A DNA stretch of 64,000 nucleotides from an uncultured virus (IMG/VR IMGVR_UViG_3300001242_000018) (IMGVR_UViG_3300001242_000018:1-64000), one strand, 5' to 3'; positions 9,369 through 20,386 are shown, numbered from the stretch's first letter. Notes: generated by a model not told the origin, from the letters alone. A program made the numbers and translations.

Positions 9369-12300
9369 GTGTCTATATTGTACTCATTAGCTTTCTACCC
9401 GGATTTAAAGATTGCTAATTGCATACTTACTTTCTCAGATAACCCAAGCACTACTTACATGGTGCTTGGGTATATTCCTATCTCTATATACGAAGCTATT
9501 ATAGATGAAGCTATCTGTGGAATTATTCCTACAAGTAATGGCATATCTGATAGTTTACCATTTGGTATAACCGATAGGGCGGGACTTACAATAAATCAAT
9601 CTAACCTAGGTGATAGTATTTATACATCTATGTTCGTTATAGACCGGCCATATACTGGTCATCTAGATAACGTTGGTGTAAATCTGAGTAATGATGTAGC
9701 CGCTGATAGAGAAAGTCAAGCTATAGCATTTCAGGATAAAATGTATGTAGGGATTGCTGAGAGATTTGGTCAATATATTAGTAAAGCCTTTAGTGGTATT
9801 AGAAGAATATCTCTTAAAGGTCTTACGACAAAAGGAACTATTGGAACGTTATCCTGGATAAATGGGATAATTATTAAAGAACCCAATAATCTCAAATCTC
9901 CTAAAATTGGTACTGATAATCTCGAAATATATGCTACACAATGTTTCAACAATGGCAATATAGACGATACGATATATTCAATTAGAATAAATATAAATAG
10001 TTCTGTTATTAAATCAATATCTTCTATCAAAATTATTAAGGAGTTTATATATAACAATCAGGATATTATACTTGAGAAATGGATGACATTTGGAGAACTG
10101 GTTTTAGAGAATAATGGCTTCATAAAACCCATGTCAGCATTCGAAATAAAACCAGATATCCAATTAAAGAATACGTCTAAGTTACTAGACGTAGCAAACG
10201 ATCTTGACAGTATTCGTAAAAACAGATCTGCTGCTTCGGATAAAGTAATTAAGATTATGTTTAGAAAAAGACTTAATGGAAATGTAGATTTGATGAGAAT
10301 CTTTGGCAATAAGAATATTACTAACATTCTTATTGCCAAAGAATTAATGTTAAGCAGGAAACACAAATATAGAATGACTTATACATATCCAGATATCCAG
10401 GGGAAAAGAGATATTTATGGAACTATTAATATTAAAAATGAGACTTGCGGAACTAGAAAACAATTTCATGAATCACATGTAGAAAAACGATTTGTACTCT
10501 GGAAAATAATTAATAAAATACAGCAGTTAAGCGATATTCATGGTTTTAGGATATCTAGAAAGATAAACCATCCTAATTCTACTATTAACGGGATACGAAC
10601 CGAGGAGAACGAATATAACGGACTTGTTGAGGTTGTAGATATCTTTTGTAAGAAAAATGACGGTCGTGTTATTAGTATGTCAGAGATAATATCCCATAAA
10701 GATAAAAGACTATTTAATAAACTTACTAATGCACAAGATGCAGTTAAATCAGATTTCATAACGTTTATTGGCAAAACACTTCTTTATTTATATAAGTTTG
10801 TAAGAAATCTTTCAGCTTCAGATGATATCAAGACAGCTTTAAAGTCTGACAATCCTATGGAGATAAACAAGGAACTATTGGTTAATACTGAAAATATTAA
10901 TGTTTTAATTGACGATGATAATGAAATATTAACCAAGGTTTCTGGGAATGTAGAATTAGATAAAATCGAGATTACTAATAAAAGTCCTGTTGAAGTTGTT
11001 ATTGGACAATTAATCGATACTGACAAGGTTGGTTACGATAGTTTAGAAGATAAAGTCAAAGTAGGTTTGCCAAAAACTAATGAAGGTGTCGTTATATCTA
11101 CTCCAGGTATTACAGTGAAACTCAATAAAATGGTTAAAGTATTCACTCAAGTTATTGGCAACTCGGTATCCGAAAGAGGTAATATCTTTAATGAATGGCC
11201 TCTGGGTGTATACAAGTCTATACCAATAACATTATCTAATATACTCCAGGGGGTCTACAAACTACTTGGATACATATTTGATAGTAAAGTTTTAAATATG
11301 CTTAAAATTCCCAATATTGGTCATAAACAGTATGATATTTCCGGAACGAAAAGTGAGGAAATCGGTATAACCAAACCGGAGACGGTTGCAAAGTCAATTC
11401 AATCTTCTTTAATTAAAGAAGATTTACCTCCCGTTGGAGATGTTAAGGTTAATCGTCTTGGTATTATAACAGAAGAATTACAGGGTCATTGGGATGATAC
11501 ATGGCTTGAAATATGGAAACTTCATGGTAAGGGACTTGATAAACTTCAAATTCCTGATAAAGATTATTACTATGCTAAAGATATTGCTGAAATCCTAAAT
11601 CACAATACAGGAGAAATATATCAGGCTTTATCACCTGTCAATACTCCAATGGTTAAAGTTGCTAAATGTATCGAGCATCCATTACCGGAATTTTCAGAAG
11701 TTGGTCGAGAAGATCATAATATGAAAAAGTTAGTTATCAAAGCTTCTGTATTAGTAGATATGATGCTCTTGATTAGACAATTAACTAGGGTTCATTGGCA
11801 GAAATATATGTTAATGACATCTCAAGCAACCTTAATGCATTTACTTGAGAATCTTTACGGTATAATCGAAGAAACTCTTTATGGTAGTAGAGAGTATAGG
11901 AAAGCATTCCAGATGGTTCGCTGGTATGCTGAAGCTATAGCTCTTTATGATTCTAATTTCTATATAAATAGACATTACGAACAATGGCTATCAAAAGAAT
12001 ATCATGGTTATATCGGAGAGCCTGGGGAAGTTGTAAACAACGGATGGAGTATTAACAGCAACTCGATTATATATACCAATCAAAGTGAATCGTCACTTAC
12101 ATTAAATCTAACAAACTGGGTAGATGGCTACCTAGCCTTTTCCACATATACAGATAATATCGAAGCTAAGATAGATCTCTATATTGATGATATCAAAGTA
12201 TTAACTACCGGTACCGTAAATCAAGTAAGACAATGGGTACTAATGGGTCAACATAATATAAAGTTTGTATTTAGTGGGCCGGTCAATACAACTGGTTACC

Positions 12301-12506
12301 TTTCCGGTATAAGCCTAGAGGGATGTAAATTCACCAATGCTGAGATGATAGTCAAGGCCAAAGATGATAAACCAAAAGGTAAGATAAGTTCCGACATCCT
12401 TTTAAGTAAGCTATTGAAGTATTATGCAGATCATCACTTCGATAAAACAAAAGGTACCAGAGAACAATGGATTGAAAGTATTACCCAGATTAAAATTGAC
12501 GATTAG
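9369..12506 (+). CDS. Large hypothetical (probably virion) protein, Ile/Lys/Asn-rich
   Basis: 1045-aa ORF, visibly more AT-rich than its neighbours. The C-terminus looks like a beta-sandwich. Confidence 0.5.
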   Translation: MSILYSLAFYPDLKIANCILTFSDNPSTTYMVLGYIPISIYEAIIDEAICGIIPTSNGISDSLPFGITDRAGLTINQSNLGDSIYTSMFVIDRPYTGHLDNVGVNLSNDVAADRESQAIAFQDKMYVGIAERFGQYISKAFSGIRRISLKGLTTKGTIGTLSWINGIIIKEPNNLKSPKIGTDNLEIYATQCFNNGNIDDTIYSIRININSSVIKSISSIKIIKEFIYNNQDIILEKWMTFGELVLENNGFIKPMSAFEIKPDIQLKNTSKLLDVANDLDSIRKNRSAASDKVIKIMFRKRLNGNVDLMRIFGNKNITNILIAKELMLSRKHKYRMTYTYPDIQGKRDIYGTINIKNETCGTRKQFHESHVEKRFVLWKIINKIQQLSDIHGFRISRKINHPNSTINGIRTEENEYNGLVEVVDIFCKKNDGRVISMSEIISHKDKRLFNKLTNAQDAVKSDFITFIGKTLLYLYKFVRNLSASDDIKTALKSDNPMEINKELLVNTENINVLIDDDNEILTKVSGNVELDKIEITNKSPVEVVIGQLIDTDKVGYDSLEDKVKVGLPKTNEGVVISTPGITVKLNKMVKVFTQVIGNSVSERGNIFNEWPLGVYKSIPITLSNILQGVYKLLGYIFDSKVLNMLKIPNIGHKQYDISGTKSEEIGITKPETVAKSIQSSLIKEDLPPVGDVKVNRLGIITEELQGHWDDTWLEIWKLHGKGLDKLQIPDKDYYYAKDIAEILNHNTGEIYQALSPVNTPMVKVAKCIEHPLPEFSEVGREDHNMKKLVIKASVLVDMMLLIRQLTRVHWQKYMLMTSQATLMHLLENLYGIIEETLYGSREYRKAFQMVRWYAEAIALYDSNFYINRHYEQWLSKEYHGYIGEPGEVVNNGWSINSNSIIYTNQSESSLTLNLTNWVDGYLAFSTYTDNIEAKIDLYIDDIKVLTTGTVNQVRQWVLMGQHNIKFVFSGPVNTTGYLSGISLEGCKFTNAEMIVKAKDDKPKGKISSDILLSKLLKYYADHHFDKTKGTREQWIESITQIKIDD

Positions 12507-12517
12507 GAGGGTAAGAT

Positions 12518-12961
12518 ATGAAGACGGTTAAGTATAGTGTTATGTATAGACCGCTCCATCCGGAAACAGGACAACCTTTGTTAAACACGGACGTAGTTCA
12601 ACCGATACTTGATAAGTATCTTGTTTACGATGCTAATACTTTAAAGGACTATAAAACGTTTCCCGATGCACAGAAAATGCCAGTTATCTTAGAACAAGTT
12701 CCTAACTGTATTTGTGCTATTAGCAGGCAAATTATGGAGACTAAATTTACTTATTCTCCTAGCTCAACTCCAGTTAATGTATTTGGATATGCGCTTAAGC
12801 CGCTCAAAGTAAACGTTCCGAATGTATGGGTAATTTACAATACGTTTAGCAGCATCGATGATTGTGTTAAAGCAGTCGAGAGCTTGGCAAAAGTATATGG
12901 TGTGGAGAATCTAAAGATTGTTAAAGAAATCGATCATAGATTAACATTTAGACTTGGATAA
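12518..12961 (+). CDS. Hypothetical protein
   Basis: ORF with AGGAGG SD. Confidence 0.5.
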   Translation: MKTVKYSVMYRPLHPETGQPLLNTDVVQPILDKYLVYDANTLKDYKTFPDAQKMPVILEQVPNCICAISRQIMETKFTYSPSSTPVNVFGYALKPLKVNVPNVWVIYNTFSSIDDCVKAVESLAKVYGVENLKIVKEIDHRLTFRLG

Positions 12962-12985
12962 TAAGGTAAAAGGGGTTGCTGGGAA

Positions 12986-14086
12986 ATGTTATTGGAGCGT
13001 ACACAACTCGGCAAAATTATAACGTTATACTTTGACAAGACTATATTAGAATCCGCCTGGTACGTTTCCCCCAATCTACCAGAAAGACTGGATCTTATTT
13101 CTCGGCCAGGGTGGCTGCGTATTTTACCAGGAAATGTTGAAGTCTATATAATAAGAGATATCCCAGTTGTAGACTTCGTTTGTGAGTGTAAAATAGATTT
13201 TACACCTTCTGTAGAAGGTGATTGTGCTGGTATATGCTTCTTTAATAGCGAAGATGTAGTTATCAAACTCGTTAGTTATTACAATGAAATGGATACAGCT
13301 ATATATGATAAATTACGGTTCATTAAAAAAGGCGAATACATCGAATCCTGGGCGAGGAAAGATGACGGCAAGTGGCAGATCGTGGGAGGTACTAAATATA
13401 TAGATGGCGCTAAAATAGGTTTTTTTCTAGACAAAAGTAGTACTCGTCCGTTAGAGGTAAATCAATTTATCTTTACTAAATCTAATATTATTCAAATAGA
13501 TAACCTCCCCGAAGATTCTAGAGTGCTACTGGTTAAAGATGGAGCAGTTCTTTTTGATAGTGTCGAGACTAACTATCAAGTTCGGGTAAATCTCGATCCG
13601 TTTAAAGAACTTATTATAAAGGCTCAAATACTGGTATTAGATAAGGATGGTACGGCTATAGCTGATACAGGAATTATTGAGATAACCGGTGGCGATATAT
13701 TCTGGTATAGCTATATTAATCTTGATGTTTACTATAATGGAAAGTTACTCTCTACTAACGTAGATAATATGCTTGGCAATTTGTACAACGGGAAATTAGA
13801 AATACAGCTACTTGCTCATAACCCAGAAAAGTATATACCGCTTACTAGTGCTACTGTCGTTATCGAACCGGAACCCGGATATTACGGTTACGATTGGGTA
13901 CAGGTATCTCCAGATGTAAATGGAAATCCAGGAGTTTGGGGGAAGGAGGCGGTACTTGGTGCAATCGATGCCGACGGTTATGGTCTATTCTGGATCAGGG
14001 TAGTTAAACGTCCAACATTAATCTTAGCTCCAAATATGCATAAGTTTCGCATTAAGGTAATAGGGGGTGCTGGAGGTGTCAGTTAA
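12986..14086 (+). CDS. ConA-like beta-sandwich virion protein
   Basis: RPGWLRI...DFTP..GDCAGI...KLRFIKKGEYIESW..DDGKWQIVG resembles the GH43 C-terminal/ConA-like lectin fold. Confidence 0.5.
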   Translation: MLLERTQLGKIITLYFDKTILESAWYVSPNLPERLDLISRPGWLRILPGNVEVYIIRDIPVVDFVCECKIDFTPSVEGDCAGICFFNSEDVVIKLVSYYNEMDTAIYDKLRFIKKGEYIESWARKDDGKWQIVGGTKYIDGAKIGFFLDKSSTRPLEVNQFIFTKSNIIQIDNLPEDSRVLLVKDGAVLFDSVETNYQVRVNLDPFKELIIKAQILVLDKDGTAIADTGIIEITGGDIFWYSYINLDVYYNGKLLSTNVDNMLGNLYNGKLEIQLLAHNPEKYIPLTSATVVIEPEPGYYGYDWVQVSPDVNGNPGVWGKEAVLGAIDADGYGLFWIRVVKRPTLILAPNMHKFRIKVIGGAGGVS

Positions 14087-14330
14087 ACTTCTAATCCCCA
14101 TAATTAAAGAAAGTGATAAGATATCTACCAAGGTATATGAAAATATTTCAGCCGGTGTTAATAGATTTATCTGTGATACCTATGTGCCTGGTAGTAATCA
14201 AGTTGAAGTATACGTTAATGGACAGTATCAATACTTAGGTATCGATTTCATTGAAATATCAGGAAATGAAATACAACTCACAGAACCTTGTTCAGAGCAG
14301 GACGATGTCTTGATTAAAGTGAGGCGATAA
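14067..14330 (+). CDS. Small beta-domain structural protein
   Basis: YVPGSNQVEVYVNGQYQYLGIDFIEISGNEIQL module, common in phage structural proteins. Start may be GTG 14076. Confidence 0.55.
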   Translation: MLEVSVKLLIPIIKESDKISTKVYENISAGVNRFICDTYVPGSNQVEVYVNGQYQYLGIDFIEISGNEIQLTEPCSEQDDVLIKVRR

Positions 14331-14332
14331 GA

Positions 14333-14938
14333 ATGGCTATACAATATTATGGCAGTACTCACTTAAGTCCTAATATTAAGTATACAGTTACTATAGATCT
14401 GCCTGGTGTTTATAAAGAATGGTCATTCATATCGCAAGTTACTACAGACATTAACCAGCAACCGGTGTATTGCGGAATGAATGAAGTTCGTCAAGAACTT
14501 GGTACGTTTACTACAGCTTTCACGAACTGGGATATACTCTTTGCTATCAAAGATAGTAGTAACCGTCTTGAAGACTTTCTTCTTATTCAAGAGATTGATT
14601 ATTCAAGCCTGTACGATGCTGAATTAAGGGCAGTCAACCTTGCTATCAAGATGTATGTAAGATATAAGGCTAGTTTAGATTTAGCTAACCAAATATTCTA
14701 CGAGTTAGTAAATGCCGGAGGACGGGAATCTAAACGTTTAGGTAACTTGCAAATTGACAAACAAGGCCCATCATTACTTATCGATTTAGCTAAGGTTAGA
14801 CAACACTTAGCTGAACAATTTGCCTATTGGGAAGGTAGATTGATTTATGTTAACACAGGGGCTGTTAAACCAGTTCCGAAAGTCGTGGTACGTGGAAATA
14901 ACGTAAGTCCTTATTCGCTTGCAACTAGGACTTTTTAA
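14333..14938 (+). CDS. Putative head-tail adaptor
   Basis: Helical protein with a SKRLGNLQI-type motif. Neck position. Confidence 0.55.
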   Translation: MAIQYYGSTHLSPNIKYTVTIDLPGVYKEWSFISQVTTDINQQPVYCGMNEVRQELGTFTTAFTNWDILFAIKDSSNRLEDFLLIQEIDYSSLYDAELRAVNLAIKMYVRYKASLDLANQIFYELVNAGGRESKRLGNLQIDKQGPSLLIDLAKVRQHLAEQFAYWEGRLIYVNTGAVKPVPKVVVRGNNVSPYSLATRTF

Positions 14939-14947
14939 GGTGATGAT

Positions 14948-15466
14948 ATGATCGATTTACGGCAGGGGTTAAGCGAGATATTAAGAGATTATGGTCATCC
15001 TATTCTTTATCAAAGAAGTAATAGAAAGATACGATGTAAATGCTGGGATAATAGATGGAGAGAGGCAGATCCTCGTTGTCCAATATGTCTAGGGTCTGGA
15101 TGGCTTATCAGACTAGAAAGACATATAGTACGGGGTAATAATGCTATGCAAACAGTAACATATCCTAATCTTCATGAAGAATCTCCTATAGGTAACTCAT
15201 GGGTTCCCGCCGATGTGTTATATGTAAAATATAGTGTACATCCCCGAGTAGGAGATGTTGTTATTGAAGTAGGTTGGAAAGGGTTAAGACCTACCAACGT
15301 CCGTTATGTATACGAAGTGAATCACATACAGCCGAATCGAGGAGATAACGGAAGGATCGAGTTCTATGAAATGTATATAAAGTCGATACCTTTTGATAGC
15401 AGTAAATATAAGATAGCCCTTAAGAAATATGGCAGTGTAATAACTTACGAGATCCCGGGGAGTTGA
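14948..15466 (+). CDS. Putative head-closure/neck protein with zinc-finger insert
   Basis: CKC-x9-CPICLGSGW motif. Lies between adaptor and sheath. Ends TGA TAA. Confidence 0.6.
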   Translation: MIDLRQGLSEILRDYGHPILYQRSNRKIRCKCWDNRWREADPRCPICLGSGWLIRLERHIVRGNNAMQTVTYPNLHEESPIGNSWVPADVLYVKYSVHPRVGDVVIEVGWKGLRPTNVRYVYEVNHIQPNRGDNGRIEFYEMYIKSIPFDSSKYKIALKKYGSVITYEIPGS

Positions 15467-15470
15467 TAAT

Positions 15471-17117
15471 ATGTACGGATATCATCGGCCAGATGGTGTA
15501 GTCGAGAAGGAAATACCATACCTTAACAGCGTATTTCTTTTAGGAACAGGAAATGACGGGCCTGTTAATCAGCCAAAGCAGATAACTTCACCAGAACAAG
15601 CCGTGAATGTATTCGGAACTGAAGGAACTTTATATAAGGGATTTCTTCAGGGATATAGCAAGTACCCGGATCTTAATTATTTCCTAGTTAAAGTAAGTGG
15701 TAGCTACGCAAAACTTACTTATTACGCTTTAGACGAAGCTACTAGTCAGATGTGTAAATGTCTCATCTTAAGAAGCAAAGGCGCTGCTGTTAAATATAAC
15801 GAAATCAAGATTGTCATAGAAAATCTCTCTGATAATAAAGAAATTGTTAAATGGGCTTTAGTATTTTATCCACAGCAGCAAATAGGCGAACCTATAGCGT
15901 ATTATCTTGATATATTCCCAACTTTTATACAACTAGTTCAAGCTATCAACAGAGATACTGATGCTGGTAATAACTTTGTATATGCAAATACTCTTACGCC
16001 ATTTATGAATTCAATATCCATGGTTGGTATGAATTTACCCGAGCAATACCTATCCGGCGGAAATGATGGTACATCTTTAATTAAAGATGATTTGTATCTA
16101 GCTTTACACACTACCTATGAGATACTAGGAGGTAGAGGGATTAATCTAATTGTTCCACTAGGTGTTTATTTCGATGATGTATACGATCCGAGCTATTATG
16201 GCTCTGGAATATACGGAGAATCCGGATATACTTCTAATGATGATGTATTGATGCTATACGACACGGTTGAACAAAAGAGATGTAGCTTTCATGAGCAATT
16301 AATTGATTTCTGTAGGAATCAGGAAACATCGGGATTTGTAACTCATGGTGTTATTGGGCTTAGACCGTTTAAAGAAGAGTTATTAAACAGGATGCAGGAT
16401 CTTGGATACTTCTATACATCTCGACTTCTACAAGTAACTGCATTTAACGATAGATTAGGATTATCAGAAGTTAAAGGTTCTAGATTAAAAGATAAGGGTT
16501 GGTATATCTCTATATTTGCTGGTGACTTCTTATTTCAGGAGGGGTTTGAAAATGAGTATTGGGATAATGGAGCTGTTATATATGCAGGCATGTTAGCCAA
16601 GAGTAGTATGACGAACCACACAACTAATATGCCAGTACCATCTGATTTTGTATTAAATAGGGATGGTACTAAGAAAGTACCTAAATACCGGCCGGTATAT
16701 GAGACAGAAGAACTTAAGATCCTATCTACAATGGGTGTAGTTGCGTGTAGAGTGTCTCCTAAATACAATCTCGTTATACACAATGGAGTAACACCTTCGC
16801 TACCGAGTAGTGATATGCACGATGTAATAAATGTGAAGATGGTTCAATATACCTTATGGTTTCTAAACAACTTCTTTAAAAGATATAAGGGTCGTACTAT
16901 ACCAAGGGATTGGGCGGTACTTCACAAAGAGATTACAGAGGGTTCAACTAAAGTATTGGAAGAGTTAAAGAAAGCCAATGCAATATTAAACGGTTCCCTT
17001 TTGTTAGACAGAACAACCGCTACCTGGTGGAGAGCTTCGTTGAAGTTGGCAGGAAAGTATACTACACAAGATATTGAAGTTCCAATGGAGGTGAACCTGG
17101 CCAGTGGATCAACTTAA
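15471..17117 (+). CDS. Tail sheath-like protein (paralogue 1)
   Basis: VFLLGTGNDGPVNQP...AVNVFG, YLSGGNDG, GAVIYAGML and a sheath-like C-terminus. Clearly paralogous to 17738..20323. Confidence 0.75.
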   Translation: MYGYHRPDGVVEKEIPYLNSVFLLGTGNDGPVNQPKQITSPEQAVNVFGTEGTLYKGFLQGYSKYPDLNYFLVKVSGSYAKLTYYALDEATSQMCKCLILRSKGAAVKYNEIKIVIENLSDNKEIVKWALVFYPQQQIGEPIAYYLDIFPTFIQLVQAINRDTDAGNNFVYANTLTPFMNSISMVGMNLPEQYLSGGNDGTSLIKDDLYLALHTTYEILGGRGINLIVPLGVYFDDVYDPSYYGSGIYGESGYTSNDDVLMLYDTVEQKRCSFHEQLIDFCRNQETSGFVTHGVIGLRPFKEELLNRMQDLGYFYTSRLLQVTAFNDRLGLSEVKGSRLKDKGWYISIFAGDFLFQEGFENEYWDNGAVIYAGMLAKSSMTNHTTNMPVPSDFVLNRDGTKKVPKYRPVYETEELKILSTMGVVACRVSPKYNLVIHNGVTPSLPSSDMHDVINVKMVQYTLWFLNNFFKRYKGRTIPRDWAVLHKEITEGSTKVLEELKKANAILNGSLLLDRTTATWWRASLKLAGKYTTQDIEVPMEVNLASGST

Positions 17118-17724
17118 AACCAAGGTTACCTTCGATCCCTTTACACTTGACGATTCCGGCAACGATTGTGCTACTCTTGATGGGTTTAGCAATGCTCTTC
17201 ATAAGATATTAAATGCAGCATGGGGTAATAACTGGGGTATTTATTCTGAAGAGGAGCCTACCGGTAACGATCCTGAAACTCAACCAGCTCCTCATATTAC
17301 ATTCGAGTTAAGAGAAAGAAAAAGGGCAGAACAATTCAAAAGCTTTAGAAGTCATGTTATGCATGTTATGGATGACCCGGATAATCCGGGATTTCACTTA
17401 ACTATAAAGCAAAGAATCTTCAAATGTAATGTTGCATGGAAATGTTATCACAAAACAAATCGTGCAAGTAGAGTCATGGCTGGTAAACTTGAATACTTTC
17501 TGGAGAATTATGTTGGGTACTTTAAAGAGCATGGTCTTCTTCAGTTAGAATTCGAAAAGGAAGAAAAACCTAAGATTGAAAAATCAAGTAGGCAGAAATT
17601 GTGCGAAACGACATTAATCTATAATGCCTATGTCGTTGAAACAATGGTAGAGCGCACACGAACTCTACACGAGCTACAAATACTAGCCGAAGTAATAAAT
17701 CCAACTAATATTATAGAATCCTAA
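17104..17724 (+). CDS. Putative tail completion/terminator protein
   Basis: Position directly before the main sheath gene, size and GGAGG SD. Confidence 0.5.
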   Translation: MDQLKTKVTFDPFTLDDSGNDCATLDGFSNALHKILNAAWGNNWGIYSEEEPTGNDPETQPAPHITFELRERKRAEQFKSFRSHVMHVMDDPDNPGFHLTIKQRIFKCNVAWKCYHKTNRASRVMAGKLEYFLENYVGYFKEHGLLQLEFEKEEKPKIEKSSRQKLCETTLIYNAYVVETMVERTRTLHELQILAEVINPTNIIES

Positions 17725-17737
17725 AGGAGGAAGGCAC

Positions 17738-20323
17738 ATGGCGTTCAAAGATATGTATCCATATTTACCGGGCCATCTTGTAGAATTTAAAGATGGCGGT
17801 TTTGCGGCATTACAACCTGAGCAAAACCCTCCAAAGACTGAATCCGTATTAATTATGGGTACATCTACCGATGGGCCAATGTACACACCGGTAGCTGTAG
17901 ATCCGGCTACTGCCAGCATGTTCGGTAAAGTGGTTGATGATACTGGTATTCCTAATGGAGCGAGTTTGCTGCGAGGTTTTGAAGAAGTTTGGCAATCTGG
18001 TTGTCGAGATGTCCGTTTAATGCGAGTGTCCGGTCATGGCGCTTCATTAAAAATAGAAGCCAACCCTATTCTATACAAAGACCCAACTCCCTACGAGCAG
18101 GTCTTTACTACCAAGGGTAATAACGAAGTTACTTTCGTACTTGGACATGCACCTGTAGCTAAAATTGTTGAAGTTAAGGCCGATGCAGATGCTTTACTTG
18201 CTGCAGCTTATGAGTTGAACAAGGCTAGTACGGCCACCGTACAGCCCGATGTTCCGTTTGGCGGAGAAGATGATGGTATTGAATCTATAATCTACTCTAA
18301 CTTACTTGCAGCTCCTGTTGGCGCTAATCAAGAAGCAGACTTCAAAATTAATACTATTGCTAATGTAAATGCGGACGAAGATGTTAAAATTAGAATTACT
18401 CTTACAGATATTAGTAAGGCGGCTGATATAACTCTTAAATATCGTGATGATGCAGGCGTGTACCAACCAATGCCCTTTACCAACGGAGTCGCTATATATG
18501 GCGGTACTACTGGATTCGTTCTTGATGATGAATCCAAAGAGTTTAGTGCTAAATTCTCTAAAGGCGGACTATACGAATACAAGATTGCATTAATAAAAGT
18601 ATCTGATAGTAGCGTTTTAGCAGAGATAACAGAGTCGGTATTTGTAAACGCTACGGTTACAATTAAGGCCGATGTGTGTAAAGCTAACTCACTGATTACT
18701 GTTAAATACGCTGTTGATTTAGTTGGTGATGGAAACGAATCCGACATGGTTACCTATACCGAAAACTATACCTCTAAAGTGGACGGTACGGTTATCGACT
18801 GGATTGCTAAAGGTAGCGATACTGTATACGACCTGACTCACGTTCCTATGTTAGAAACAACTCGTTTGCTTGTTAAGGGAACGGCCATTGTTGCCAATCT
18901 GTTCTCTGTAGATCTTGAGACCAAGAAACTTACTGTTAAAGCAGAAGCTCGCTTAGAGCCCGGTATCGATCTCGTAACATTGTATACTTACGAACTAACC
19001 AGTACCGTAACTCCGGAGATAACTTTGGAAACCCCCTGGGGTGGTGATGTATATAATCAAACCTCAGCATGGGTTGAAAATGTATTAAATGTGGCTGGAC
19101 AAGTAGTAGGTAAGAAACTGATTATCCAAATGCCGGTAGCTAAGGTCGGCCCGAGTACCAAACCGTTAGAGTACAGTTCTTTAAAATACCCGACTTTTAA
19201 TAGCATGGTACAAGCTATTAATGTTGATTTAGATACCGGTAATGGTATCGTTAAAGCTCGTACTAAAACCCATTTCAATAACTTGCTAACCAAGACCATG
19301 GCAAGTATGGCTAAGAGTTATTTCGAGGGTGGGAATAGTGGTATAGACATTTCCAAGCAGGCACTATTCGAGGCTATGGGTGGTAAGAAAGATCCGGTTA
19401 CTGGTGAATACCTAACTCTTGGTGCATACCAGCTGTTAGAGAACTATAAGGTCGATATGATCGTTCCAATGGATGTTTTCACAGATGATGAGTTACCGAA
19501 TCCTGAGAATAACTTCGGTTACCAGCTTGGTATGGCCTGCGCCGTTATCTCTTTTAGAAGCCGGGTAGTTCATGGTATCATTGCCACTAACTCTCCCGAG
19601 GATACATCCTTACTGGATATCTACAATCATGCTAATCACTTAATAAATGATTGTCCGAATAACTACTTTATGAAGGATACTGCTGGTAATGTTATATATG
19701 ACGACGAGGGTCAACTTTTCGACCTTGGTAGGTATATGTCCGTACTTGCTGGCCCGGATGTAACATTTAAGCACCAAGTGCTCGGAAGGTACAATGTTAA
19801 CTCCGCCGCTATTTATGCAGGTATGATCTCTGCTACGCCTGTAAGTTCAAGTCCTCTTGGTAAGAAAGTTCCTGGTATTGTCGGATTACGTTATACTTAC
19901 GGTAATCAACAGTTGAATGCTTTAACTGCTGCTCGGTTTGTTACTTATGGAGTTGAAGATAATGGCCGTACCGTAACTGTAACTGACAGTATGACAGCTG
20001 CCCAACCAGGTAGTGATTATGCTAACTTAGTTAACTGGCGGTCTGTTAAGAAGTGCGTTGACGAACTTAGGGTAGCATGTCGTCCGTATATTGGTGAAGC
20101 TCCTTCTGTAACGAATCAAAATGCCATGGGTACCGCTATTGAAAAACGTTTTAGTGCTCTTAAACCGGTACCGGTTGGTGACGGCAGTGTTACAGATGTT
20201 AAGTTCGAGATTATTGCTAGTAATCTTGACAGGGTTCTTGGTAGATCTAAGGTTAAACTAACCGTAATTCCGCCTGGAACTTTAAAACAAATCACCACCA
20301 TTGTTAATGTACAACCATATTAA
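17738..20323 (+). CDS. Main tail sheath protein with inserted domains
   Basis: YLPGHLVEF, VLIMGTSTDGP, YFEGG, SAAIYAGMI, YIGE, LTVIPPGTLKQITTIV: a contractile sheath signature. Followed by the tube gene. Confidence 0.88.
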   Translation: MAFKDMYPYLPGHLVEFKDGGFAALQPEQNPPKTESVLIMGTSTDGPMYTPVAVDPATASMFGKVVDDTGIPNGASLLRGFEEVWQSGCRDVRLMRVSGHGASLKIEANPILYKDPTPYEQVFTTKGNNEVTFVLGHAPVAKIVEVKADADALLAAAYELNKASTATVQPDVPFGGEDDGIESIIYSNLLAAPVGANQEADFKINTIANVNADEDVKIRITLTDISKAADITLKYRDDAGVYQPMPFTNGVAIYGGTTGFVLDDESKEFSAKFSKGGLYEYKIALIKVSDSSVLAEITESVFVNATVTIKADVCKANSLITVKYAVDLVGDGNESDMVTYTENYTSKVDGTVIDWIAKGSDTVYDLTHVPMLETTRLLVKGTAIVANLFSVDLETKKLTVKAEARLEPGIDLVTLYTYELTSTVTPEITLETPWGGDVYNQTSAWVENVLNVAGQVVGKKLIIQMPVAKVGPSTKPLEYSSLKYPTFNSMVQAINVDLDTGNGIVKARTKTHFNNLLTKTMASMAKSYFEGGNSGIDISKQALFEAMGGKKDPVTGEYLTLGAYQLLENYKVDMIVPMDVFTDDELPNPENNFGYQLGMACAVISFRSRVVHGIIATNSPEDTSLLDIYNHANHLINDCPNNYFMKDTAGNVIYDDEGQLFDLGRYMSVLAGPDVTFKHQVLGRYNVNSAAIYAGMISATPVSSSPLGKKVPGIVGLRYTYGNQQLNALTAARFVTYGVEDNGRTVTVTDSMTAAQPGSDYANLVNWRSVKKCVDELRVACRPYIGEAPSVTNQNAMGTAIEKRFSALKPVPVGDGSVTDVKFEIIASNLDRVLGRSKVKLTVIPPGTLKQITTIVNVQPY

Positions 20324-20329
20324 TTGATA

Positions 20330-20365
20330 TCACCAATACGAGTAAATAAGTACTCGTATTGGTGA
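20330..20365 (+). promoter_or_regulatory. Perfect 15-bp inverted repeat between sheath and tube genes
   Basis: TCACCAATACGAGTA-aataag-TACTCGTATTGGTGA, with no following U-tract. Confidence 0.7.
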
Positions 20366-20386
20366 ACTATAAAGGAGGTAGACCTA

